NCBI GenBank assembly: GCA_910577095.1
Contig: CAJTLY010000002.1
Span: forward strand, 957-64,956
DNA length: 64,000 nt
Direction of reading: 5' to 3'
Origin: an uncultured Alphaproteobacteria bacterium
GTDB lineage: Bacteria > Pseudomonadota > Alphaproteobacteria > RF32 > CAG-239
A program made the translations under genes and the position numbers. The notes under the pieces were generated by a model. The model was given only the letters and a program-made list of their open reading frames with translations, had not been told where the DNA came from and did not search any database. Shown piece after piece: positions 28,050 to 36,708 of the stretch. How positions within the stretch are numbered: position 1 is the first letter of the stretch; the number at the start of each line of letters is the position of its first letter.

Positions 28050-30281
28050 TTACTTTGTTATTGTATCAAATATTTCCTTAAATTCTACATATTCATTATA
28101 TAATTTTTCAATATTTTCTTGTTTTTTAAGAAAATTAATTAATTTTTCAATATCGTGTTTTTTTGTATTCGTGTATGTTTCAATATCTCCCAATTTTAAA
28201 ATAAAAATATACCGTTTTCTCAATGCATTCATTTCACCAATAATCTTATCATAAACAGATGTTTTATTTTTCTTTAGAGATTCCATCACTTGGTTACATT
28301 TTACTTTAGAATACAGGATGAATTCTAAAGTCTTTACTAACTCATTAATATTACTTTTTAAATTTTCATTATTTTGTTCTAAGTCACTCTTTATCCGAGG
28401 TAATAAAGATATAACATTCTTTTTACCATTTACATCATCATATTTCAGGCTAACCTGTTTAGATAAAAATTGCTTTTCTTCAGCTAGCAATTGTTTATTA
28501 CTACTACTTAAAAACTCCTCTATATTATCTAGATCACCAATAAAATAGTTATCAATTTTAAACTTATTTAAGAAGTTGTGCCATATTTGGTAGTTCCTTT
28601 TTCCATTGATTTGCAGTATTTCTATATTACTTACATCAATATTATTTATTTTAGAATAAATGTTTAAATAGCTTCTAAAAACATATTCATCAGCAATTCC
28701 CTCAACAAGAATGACTTTATCGGCAAAGAAAATTCTGGATGAATTTGTTGTTTCTAATATTTTCATTAAATCTTTATCATTTAGTGTATTTGTATTGATC
28801 GATGTCGCTACCTTTGTAAAACATCCCTGATAAGTATAAAATCTATTTATGCTTTTAACATTTTCATTGGAAATAAAATAAGGTGAATGTGTCGCAATAA
28901 TTATTTGAGTTCCGTAAGATTTTTTAATATCTAATAATAATTCCACAAAAGCTTTTTGCATTTTAGGATGCATATGCAATTCGGGTTCATCAATAAGTAT
29001 TACTGCTCCCTCACTAATTGTATCACTACAAAACAATAAAATAAAATATATAAAAACCCTTTCTCCCGAACTCAAAGCATCAAAAGAAACTTCATTATTA
29101 TTTTTTACAAAAATAAAATATACTTCACTACCGTTTTCTCCTGACTTTGATAGCTTAAGCTTTAGATTTAGATAATTTTCCAAATATGGACTTATTTTCT
29201 TAAATATTTTATTTTTACTATAATCTGTATCTTTTACAAATTCAGCTTTTAACTTTCCCAAACACAGATCAAAAAGAGTAACAATATAAGATCCTGTAGA
29301 AATGTTTACCTTATAATCTTCATTAAAGGCCATAGAAATAGCAACATTATAATCATGAAAATCTTTTGATGATATTCCATAATTAGACTTTTCTGGAAAT
29401 GAAGTTTCATTTCCTCTTCGAATATCTAAAGATAAAAAATGAGGTTTATATGGAAAATTTTTAATATACTTACTTTTAGGAACTTTCCTGAATTTACTGG
29501 TCAAGCTATGATTATGAAAAAACACCAATGCATGAATTAACTGGTAGTTTTTTAAATATTTTATTACAGTTTCTGCGATAAATTTTCTACTTTTTTCTCT
29601 TTCTGAATTTTTTGGAAAATATTCGAATAAAACTTTCTTATTTATTAAAGAAAGAGGAATAAAAATATTCTGTGTTTTATTAAAATTTTCACATAAAATC
29701 TCAAGAGATCGGAAGAAATCCTTATTAATATCTTTAGAGTTCTCTTTTGAATAGTTTTGAGCTAAACATTTAATATCATCTTTATTTTTTAGAATATTTC
29801 GAATATATTTTCTATCTGTTGCATCCAAAGCTATAACTAGAAAAACAACACTATCAAAATTTTCATTTTCTACCGAGATTCTTTCATTTACTTTGAAAAC
29901 TGGGTTGATAATATTATTCATTGAATATTCAGCTTCTGAAAAATTTTTTTTGATTCTTTTATAATTTACATCAATTTTTTTTCCTAAATGCCCTTTTTTG
30001 TCTTCTAAAATTTTCTCATACCTTTCTAGCATTCTTTTTTGTCTGGTATAATTTGATAATGTATGTTCATAGTTTGTTGAAATTTCATAATGTTTTATAA
30101 GAATATACTTGAATATATAAGTTATTACTTTTAACAGATTTGTTTTTCCAGTCCCATTGGCCCCGACATTAATGCTAATTTCATTGTTTCCATATAAGTT
30201 AATATATGAATCTTTTAATTTCTTCTCTTCTATATAAGGAAATGAATATGCATTAGAGATTGCTATACATTTTAATTTCAT
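28050..30281 (-). CDS. OLD-family nuclease (ABC/AAA_15-type ATPase fused to Toprim)
   Basis: Walker A GANGTGKTN. Signature and Walker B LSSGERVFIYF...VILIDEPELHMHP, and H-loop ATHSP. C-terminal Toprim FFADKVILVEGIADE ... FIGDLDN. Confidence 0.8.
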   Translation of the reverse strand: MKLKCIAISNAYSFPYIEEKKLKDSYINLYGNNEISINVGANGTGKTNLLKVITYIFKYILIKHYEISTNYEHTLSNYTRQKRMLERYEKILEDKKGHLGKKIDVNYKRIKKNFSEAEYSMNNIINPVFKVNERISVENENFDSVVFLVIALDATDRKYIRNILKNKDDIKCLAQNYSKENSKDINKDFFRSLEILCENFNKTQNIFIPLSLINKKVLFEYFPKNSEREKSRKFIAETVIKYLKNYQLIHALVFFHNHSLTSKFRKVPKSKYIKNFPYKPHFLSLDIRRGNETSFPEKSNYGISSKDFHDYNVAISMAFNEDYKVNISTGSYIVTLFDLCLGKLKAEFVKDTDYSKNKIFKKISPYLENYLNLKLKLSKSGENGSEVYFIFVKNNNEVSFDALSSGERVFIYFILLFCSDTISEGAVILIDEPELHMHPKMQKAFVELLLDIKKSYGTQIIIATHSPYFISNENVKSINRFYTYQGCFTKVATSINTNTLNDKDLMKILETTNSSRIFFADKVILVEGIADEYVFRSYLNIYSKINNIDVSNIEILQINGKRNYQIWHNFLNKFKIDNYFIGDLDNIEEFLSSSNKQLLAEEKQFLSKQVSLKYDDVNGKKNVISLLPRIKSDLEQNNENLKSNINELVKTLEFILYSKVKCNQVMESLKKNKTSVYDKIIGEMNALRKRYIFILKLGDIETYTNTKKHDIEKLINFLKKQENIEKLYNEYVEFKEIFDTITK

Positions 30282-30539
30282 AGAACTTACCTTTACAATA
30301 AATAATAGAATGTTGTATATTATTACAAAAAAAAGTTATAATGTATACACGATTTTCCGTCCATGCTCTCATAAAAAATATAAAAATAAAATCACATATT
30401 GCTCCGCCGAAAAAATTAAAAGCCTTTATAACCGTTAGAACGGAAAGAAGTTTCAAATCAATTCTTCGAATCTAATTATTTACATTACATCGGATTTGGA
30501 TATCATAGAGAGCAGGAAACAGAAACAACGGCGGGAGAT

Positions 30540-31064
30540 ATGGCTGTGAAAATTGAACTTAAACCTGTCAAAGAAGAGGACGCTGCGGATCTTTATGATT
30601 TGTTTCAATCGATGCCGCTTAACGAAAACGGTGCCGCCAACTCTTCTTACGGGCTGTCCGAAACCGAATTTTCAGCATGGCTGAAAAAACAGGAAGACGC
30701 CTCTAAAGGCATCGGATTAAAAGAAGGCTGGGTTCCGGCCACATTATACGTGCTGTGGATTGACGATATTCCGGTCGCAAGAAGCAGCTTACGTCATTGG
30801 CTGACCCCGGCATTGGAACAACAAGGCGGACATATCGGCTTTTCCGTCGGTCCGAAGTTTCGCGGCAACGGTTACAGCAACATACTGTTGGCGGAAACGC
30901 TAAAAAAAGCCAAGGCGATGAACATCGAAAGGGTTCTTATTACGAACCATGATGACAACGAACCGGCATGGAAATGCGTTGAGCATAACGGCGGGCTATT
31001 GGTCAAAAAAGCGCCTGATCCCGCGGACGGGCATACTCTGCGCTATTACCAGATCACTTTATAA
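30540..31064 (+). CDS. GNAT-family N-acetyltransferase
   Basis: GGHIGFSVGPKFRGNGYSNILL is an acetyl-CoA pocket-like motif. GGGAG RBS. Confidence 0.7.
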   Translation: MAVKIELKPVKEEDAADLYDLFQSMPLNENGAANSSYGLSETEFSAWLKKQEDASKGIGLKEGWVPATLYVLWIDDIPVARSSLRHWLTPALEQQGGHIGFSVGPKFRGNGYSNILLAETLKKAKAMNIERVLITNHDDNEPAWKCVEHNGGLLVKKAPDPADGHTLRYYQITL

Positions 31065-31140
31065 GCCGGACGTTTTTCTGCAGTTCAATATTTTGTCGGT
31101 ACTTCATCCGATCTTACTCCGATGAGGCCGACGGCGGCGG

Positions 31141-32808
31141 TTACTTAAATTCCGTTCCAACGCCTTTTTTAAAATCCAGCCGGCGCGTTATGTGGTTCAG
31201 CAAATCTTTTTCATGAGAAACCGCAATGATCGTTTTGTCGGCATATTCGGAGAAAATATAATTCCAGATATGCTGAGTTGTGACCGGATCCAGATTGGCG
31301 GTGATCTCATCCAAAACCAAAACATCCCGGTCTAACAAAAGACCGCGAGCCAAAGAAATGCGCTGTTTTTCGCCGGCAGAAACCTTGACGCCTTTCTCAC
31401 CGATGTCGGTATGAAGATTGCCCTTCATTCTCTCAATCAATTCGTTTAAGCAACAACCGTCGATAATTTTCTGCAGCTTTTGGGGGGAGATTCGTTTGCC
31501 CATGACAATGTTGTCGTACAGGCTCATGTCAAAGAGTTCGACGTCTTGGGATATATAAGTCATATGATCGTCAAAGAAGGCCGGCGGCAACTCTTTATAA
31601 TCAATACCGTCCACACAGACTTTTCCCTTTGTGACATGAAATTGATTGGTAAACAAATTTAAAAAGGTGGTTTTTCCTTCACCCGATTTGCCGGTAACCG
31701 CAATATGGTCACCCGGGCAGATACTGAAATCTGCCACCTGATGCGTAAAAACGCTGCCGTCCTTAACATATTCAAAACAGGTATTCGTAAATTCAATCCG
31801 ATGCCATTTTCGAATATTTGGTTTCTTTTCGGTTGTGACGGCATCGTTCCCCAAATATTCCGCCAGAATTTTATAATCGGCTCCCGTACGCGCCAATTCC
31901 GTCATTAAACCCATCATTTGTCGGCCGAGTTCGGCGATTTTTCCCTGAATGGCCGCAATCATGACAATGACTTCGACACCCTGCCCGGTTCTTATAAACC
32001 GAAAAACGTAATAACCGATCGGAAACAGAAACAATGCGTTAATAAAAATCTCGGTAAAACCGTATTGAAAAGAATTGTAATGCATCATTTTGATGCCCGA
32101 AGCAAAAACCTTTGAACCCCGTTCATCAAGTTTCTTGTTTACGAAATTGAGCAGGTTCATTTTTTTGACCGAGCGAATATTGTATAAAAAGTCGATAAAG
32201 ACTTTGCCGTAAGCCACAAAGCTTTTGCTGTAATTTTCAATATATTTGATCCGGCGGTTATATAAAATGCGCGTGATCCAAAGCATCAAAACGAGAGAAA
32301 TTCCAAAATACAAAAACAAATAAAAAGAAAGCGTCCAAGTGTAAATCAGAAAACAAACGGCCGTCACCAGACTGCCGACGTAATCATAAGGCATTTTCCA
32401 CAACCAGCCTTCCATCATCTTGCAGACGTTGGTTAATACGGTGGAAAAGTAGCCGACACTGTTTTGCAAATGCCAGTCATAAGATTTGTCGAAAATCTTT
32501 GTGTAATATATGCGGCGCAGATTGATCGGTAAAATCCGGGTAATTTGTTCACAGCAAAAACGCCAGACAAAACGGGAAACGATCACGGCAACGGCTAAAG
32601 CAATCATCAGGTAAAAATAAAATAATGTTCCCTCAACGTTTTTTTGCGAAATTTGTTTGATCATTTCCGAAAGCGCAAACGGACTGAAAAAGGCAATCAC
32701 ACCCTGCGAAACGCCAAAAACATAGCTGAATATCAATCGGATTTTGGTATCTTTGTCGGTGGCTGAAATCCAAATTAAACGAAGAGCCGTCAATAGCGTT
32801 TGAAACAT
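31141..32808 (-). CDS. ABC exporter, fused permease and ATPase
   Basis: An N-terminal region with about 6 TM segments. GKSGEGKTT, VSAGEKQRISLARG and LVLDEITANLD. Confidence 0.85.
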   Translation of the reverse strand: MFQTLLTALRLIWISATDKDTKIRLIFSYVFGVSQGVIAFFSPFALSEMIKQISQKNVEGTLFYFYLMIALAVAVIVSRFVWRFCCEQITRILPINLRRIYYTKIFDKSYDWHLQNSVGYFSTVLTNVCKMMEGWLWKMPYDYVGSLVTAVCFLIYTWTLSFYLFLYFGISLVLMLWITRILYNRRIKYIENYSKSFVAYGKVFIDFLYNIRSVKKMNLLNFVNKKLDERGSKVFASGIKMMHYNSFQYGFTEIFINALFLFPIGYYVFRFIRTGQGVEVIVMIAAIQGKIAELGRQMMGLMTELARTGADYKILAEYLGNDAVTTEKKPNIRKWHRIEFTNTCFEYVKDGSVFTHQVADFSICPGDHIAVTGKSGEGKTTFLNLFTNQFHVTKGKVCVDGIDYKELPPAFFDDHMTYISQDVELFDMSLYDNIVMGKRISPQKLQKIIDGCCLNELIERMKGNLHTDIGEKGVKVSAGEKQRISLARGLLLDRDVLVLDEITANLDPVTTQHIWNYIFSEYADKTIIAVSHEKDLLNHITRRLDFKKGVGTEFK

Positions 32809-32992
32809 GGGAAATCCTTCATATCTTTGAGGGAAAAAGCATAGCCAACAAAAGTAAAAAAACGGCTAACAATTTGCATTTTCCGCATAAAACCAAGCAG
32901 ACAAAAAATGCTATTTACAAAAATCATATTGTCTGATATAAATTTTATCGTAAAAAAACATTTAGATATTATTAACTTAAAAACAACTTCAG

Positions 32993-33403
32993 ATGAAACA
33001 TTTTAATTGTGTTATCAGCGGAGGCTCAAAAGTCATTGTTAACGGCAAGGCTTACAAAGGCAACAATTTATCCATCATCAACGGCAAGGTCTTTGTTGAC
33101 GGAGAAGAACAATCCGGAGAGGACACCACGCACTTTGAGATCAAGGTTATCGGCAAAGTGGAAAACGTAAACGTCACCCACGGCGACCTGTCAATCGAAG
33201 GCGACGTTACCGGCAAAGTCGATTGCGGCGGAAGCACCAGCATCGTCGGAAAGGTCGAGGGCGACATCGACTGCGGCGGCAGCGCCCAGATTAACGGAAA
33301 TGTGATCGGAAACATTGATTCCGGCGGCAGTTCGGCTGTTTCGGGGAACGTTTCCGGTGACATTGACGCCGGCGGCAGCGTATGTGTCGGCAGTCGGCAT
33401 TAG
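32993..33403 (+). CDS. small Gly-rich beta-helix-type repeat protein (bactofilin-like appearance)
   Basis: 16-residue repeats: GKVEGDIDCGGSAQIN, GNVIGNIDSGGSSAVS, GNVSGDIDAGGSVCVG. Confidence 0.45.
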   Translation: MKHFNCVISGGSKVIVNGKAYKGNNLSIINGKVFVDGEEQSGEDTTHFEIKVIGKVENVNVTHGDLSIEGDVTGKVDCGGSTSIVGKVEGDIDCGGSAQINGNVIGNIDSGGSSAVSGNVSGDIDAGGSVCVGSRH

Positions 33404-33443
33404 GGCCAAAAGGCTGTACCGTCTTTTAGAAGTTATTTTTATA

Positions 33444-33480
33444 AAAAACAGTCTCGGCTTTATCCCGGGACTGTTTTTTA
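33444..33480. terminator. bidirectional intrinsic terminator
   Basis: AAAAACAGTC-loop-GACTGTTTTT lies between convergent genes. Confidence 0.55.
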
Positions 33481-33566
33481 TTTCATCCCGCACCGTCCGA
33501 AGTTCATCTCTCTGCACAAACGGCCTGTGGCCCGTCCAAACGACCGAACGGCAGAAAGACGCCCGG

Positions 33567-34397
33567 CTATTTTAATTCTTTTATTTGAACCGTCATCGCG
33601 ATCTGATGTTTTTCTTTCGGTTGCAAACGGACAAAACTGTCTCCCTGGTTTGCCGGTTCCACACAAACAAATTTTTTATACTGGCCTTCGCTCATTTCCG
33701 CTAGATCTTTATCCGGGTTCCAAACCACCGTGATGTCGGAACCGCTTTTTTCGACCGATATGATCCGATTTAACACCGGATCGACAATTTCCACCGTTCC
33801 GCGGTGATTTAGAAAAGCGGCGTCAAACTCTTCCCGAATTCTCAAGTTTCCTTCCTGCGTATAGATTTTTCCGTCCAACGAGCTTTTGTAGCGGTAACCC
33901 GACAATCCCCTTATCTCGGCTTCGTCACGGCAACCGAGATTAAAATACGCATGCAAAGCCTCGCTGAACTCAAAGACTTCGTCACCGTGATTTATTGTTT
34001 CGAGGCGGTATTCCAACTTATCGGTAAGACGGATCCGCAAGTTTGCAGCGGCGTTGACGCCGTATTTCTCATCGGGAACCAAAGACAATTCCGCTTCCGC
34101 CGAATTTTTACCGGCACACACATTTTTGACCGTCCAACCGGAAAGTCGGGCAAAACCGTGACGGGGAAGTTCGCCGTTTAGTTTTTCTTCCGCAAATCGG
34201 GGCCAACAGACGGGAACGCCGCCGCGGATGGCGTGAATATTGTCAAATTTATTAAGATCTCCGAGCCAGAAAACATCATGATCCTGACTTTTGGGACGAT
34301 AGGATATCAGGTTGGCACTCCAAAGAGAAATTTTGCATTCGGCCAAATCGTTGCTTAAATTTATAAAACCGCCATTTTTCATCGTCATACCTTTCAT
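33567..34397 (-). CDS. D-hexose-6-phosphate mutarotase (YeaD/aldose-1-epimerase family)
   Basis: IRGGVPVCWPRFA and LPRHGFAR motifs. The start is ambiguous (ATGs at 34397, 34388 and 34382). Confidence 0.75.
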   Translation of the reverse strand: MKGMTMKNGGFINLSNDLAECKISLWSANLISYRPKSQDHDVFWLGDLNKFDNIHAIRGGVPVCWPRFAEEKLNGELPRHGFARLSGWTVKNVCAGKNSAEAELSLVPDEKYGVNAAANLRIRLTDKLEYRLETINHGDEVFEFSEALHAYFNLGCRDEAEIRGLSGYRYKSSLDGKIYTQEGNLRIREEFDAAFLNHRGTVEIVDPVLNRIISVEKSGSDITVVWNPDKDLAEMSEGQYKKFVCVEPANQGDSFVRLQPKEKHQIAMTVQIKELK

Positions 34398-34501
34398 CGC
34401 GGCCGTCTTCCGACCGTCCCCCGTTTTCAAATCCGTTTACCGGCCAACCGCCGACGGTTTGCATTTTAGTTCTTTTTAATCGCAAGAGCAAACGAATTTT
34501 T

Positions 34502-35605
34502 CTATTCTGCCGGCCGCTCTTGCCACCACGGAGAGGTGATACTGTCCATATTTATCTTTTCGCCGATCATCGGCGTCAGAACCAGAACATTGTTCCTCTG
34601 CGCTTCCTCCAACAGCATGTCGATTGACTCGTGCCAGGGATGGAGGGCAAGGTCAAACACCGCCCAATGGACGGGTATGATCCGGGCGGCATGCAGTTCG
34701 CGCGCCGCTTTCACAACCTGATGCGGAAACATATGGGTGTTCGGCCAACCGGTGTTCCAGCCGTCAATTTCGATCGCTGCCAAATCAAAAGAACCGTATT
34801 TGCGACCGATTTCCGCAAAATGAGCACCGTAACCGCTGTCCCCGGCCCAATAGATTTTATCATCGGCAGAACGTATTACATACGAATTCCACAACGTTTT
34901 ATTGCGATCCCCCAACCCGCGTCCGGAATAATGAACCGCCGTCTCGGCGATTATTTGCAAGGTTTCGTCCTCAAAAACGTCGCCCCAGCCGAGCTCAATA
35001 ATGCGGCTGTCGTCAATTCCCCAGCCGCGCAAAGCCGCACCGACCCCCAGCGGAACCACAAAGTGCCCTTCCCCGAACGCTTGCACCGTCTTGCGCTCCA
35101 AATGATCATAATGATTGTGCGTAATGACAATATAATCGGCTGGGGGCAGTTCTTTTCTGTTCAGCGGCGCTTCATCATAGCGGGAAACGACAAACGGCAC
35201 CGGCGCCGCATTTTCGAGCACCGGATCAAAAACAATCCTTTTACCGCCGGTTTCGATGATTGCCGAAGAATGCCCCAGCCAGTAAAAAGCAAAATCGGCG
35301 GAAACCGGACCGAAATCTTGACGGGACAAATGCTTTTTGGGCAGCTTTCGAGCGGGGGCAAAACGGGAACGCGTCAGAAAAAAACGCCAGTCTATCGGAC
35401 CGTTGCGAACATTTTCAAAGTCGTGAAAAATCGGTTCCGGACTTTGAAATTCGCCGTCTTTAAAATAAGCCAGCTTTTGATATGAGTTCAGTTCTTCCGC
35501 CGAAGGAGAAGCGCCCTTTTCCCGCAGCACCCATGCACCGCCAAACCCCGTCAGCATCACTGAGATCGCTAAAAAAAACAAAAACATTTTTACACCTTTT
35601 TTCAT
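34502..35605 (-). CDS. MBL-fold metallo-hydrolase (NAPE-PLD-like), N-terminal membrane anchor or signal
   Basis: ITHNHYDHLE metal-binding motif and a hydrophobic N-terminus. Confidence 0.7.
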   Translation of the reverse strand: MKKGVKMFLFFLAISVMLTGFGGAWVLREKGASPSAEELNSYQKLAYFKDGEFQSPEPIFHDFENVRNGPIDWRFFLTRSRFAPARKLPKKHLSRQDFGPVSADFAFYWLGHSSAIIETGGKRIVFDPVLENAAPVPFVVSRYDEAPLNRKELPPADYIVITHNHYDHLERKTVQAFGEGHFVVPLGVGAALRGWGIDDSRIIELGWGDVFEDETLQIIAETAVHYSGRGLGDRNKTLWNSYVIRSADDKIYWAGDSGYGAHFAEIGRKYGSFDLAAIEIDGWNTGWPNTHMFPHQVVKAARELHAARIIPVHWAVFDLALHPWHESIDMLLEEAQRNNVLVLTPMIGEKINMDSITSPWWQERPAE

Positions 35606-35769
35606 CACCAGTCTCCGTTTTTTATCCGCGCGCAACCGCCGTCGAATTTGTTTTTTTCAGTTAATATAACGTTTTTTTAAAAAATAGCAAATGCTTATCC
35701 GCTACATCTTGCCATGCTTGACAGGCATGGCACAACACAATACAATAGCACAACAAAGGAGATTTTGGC

Positions 35770-36663
35770 ATGGAACTCAGAGTACTGCGTTATTTTCTGG
35801 CAATTGCGCGCGAAGGAAGCATTACCGGCGCCGCCAATGTTTTGAACGTCACTCAGCCGACACTTTCACGGCAGATCAAAGAATTGGAACAGGAACTCGG
35901 GCAGCAGTTGCTGATCCGCGGCAGTCACAACGTTTCGCTGACCGCCGAAGGAATGATTTTGCGGAAACGTGCCGAAGAAATTGTTGAAATGGTCGGCAAG
36001 ACCAAAGCAGAACTCCGCTCGGCCGAAGACACGATCAGCGGCGATATTTATATCGGCGGCGGCGAAACCGAAGGTATGCGTTTGATCGCCGAGGTTATCA
36101 AAGAACTGCAATCGCAATATCCGCAAATACGCTGTCATCTGTACAGCGGCAACGCCGAAGACGTTACCGAACGGCTGGACAAAGGACTGCTTGATTTCGG
36201 CATTTTGATTCAGCCGACCGATTTGTCAAAATATGATTTTCTCTCTCTGCCGGTCAAAGACGTCTGGGGCGCCATTATGCCCAAGACCTGTCCGCTGGCC
36301 CGGAAAAATGCGGTAACCCGGCAAGATCTGGTCAAACTGCCGCTGATTTGTTCCCGTCAGGTTTTGCAGCAAACCGCCGTTCATAACGAATTTGCCGCTT
36401 GGTTCGGCGAAGATTTTACCGCACTGAACATTGTCGCCACCTATAACCTGCTTTTTAATGCCGCTTTGCTGGCGGAACAGGGAGTGGGATATGTCTTGAG
36501 TTTGGACAAATTGATCGATACGCGAAACAGCACCCGCTTGTGCTTTCGTCCTTTTGAGCCCGCTTTGGAATCGGGGCTCGACATTGTATGGAAAAAATAT
36601 CAGATTTTTTCACCCGCCGCCCGCATTTTTCTTGAAAAACTGCAAAAAAAACTGAAGGTCTGA
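35770..36663 (+). CDS. LysR-family transcriptional regulator
   Basis: MELRVLRYFLAIAREGSITGAANVLNVTQPTLSRQIKELE helix-turn-helix region. Confidence 0.9.
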   Translation: MELRVLRYFLAIAREGSITGAANVLNVTQPTLSRQIKELEQELGQQLLIRGSHNVSLTAEGMILRKRAEEIVEMVGKTKAELRSAEDTISGDIYIGGGETEGMRLIAEVIKELQSQYPQIRCHLYSGNAEDVTERLDKGLLDFGILIQPTDLSKYDFLSLPVKDVWGAIMPKTCPLARKNAVTRQDLVKLPLICSRQVLQQTAVHNEFAAWFGEDFTALNIVATYNLLFNAALLAEQGVGYVLSLDKLIDTRNSTRLCFRPFEPALESGLDIVWKKYQIFSPAARIFLEKLQKKLKV

Positions 36664-36674
36664 TTGATATGAAA

Positions 36675-36698
36675 AGCGCCGGAATTAATTCCGGCGCT
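36675..36698. terminator. bidirectional terminator (perfect 24-nt palindrome)
   Basis: AGCGCCGGAATT/AATTCCGGCGCT lies between convergent lysR and the decarboxylase gene. Confidence 0.55.
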
Positions 36699-36708
36699 TT
36701 GAGTTCGC

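Noticed and set aside
30253-30456. 67-aa hydrophobic ORF overlapping the OLD-family gene start
   Set aside because: The DNA here is extremely AT-rich, so Phe/Ile-rich ORFs arise by chance, and there is no RBS. It is kept only as a remark in the OLD finding.
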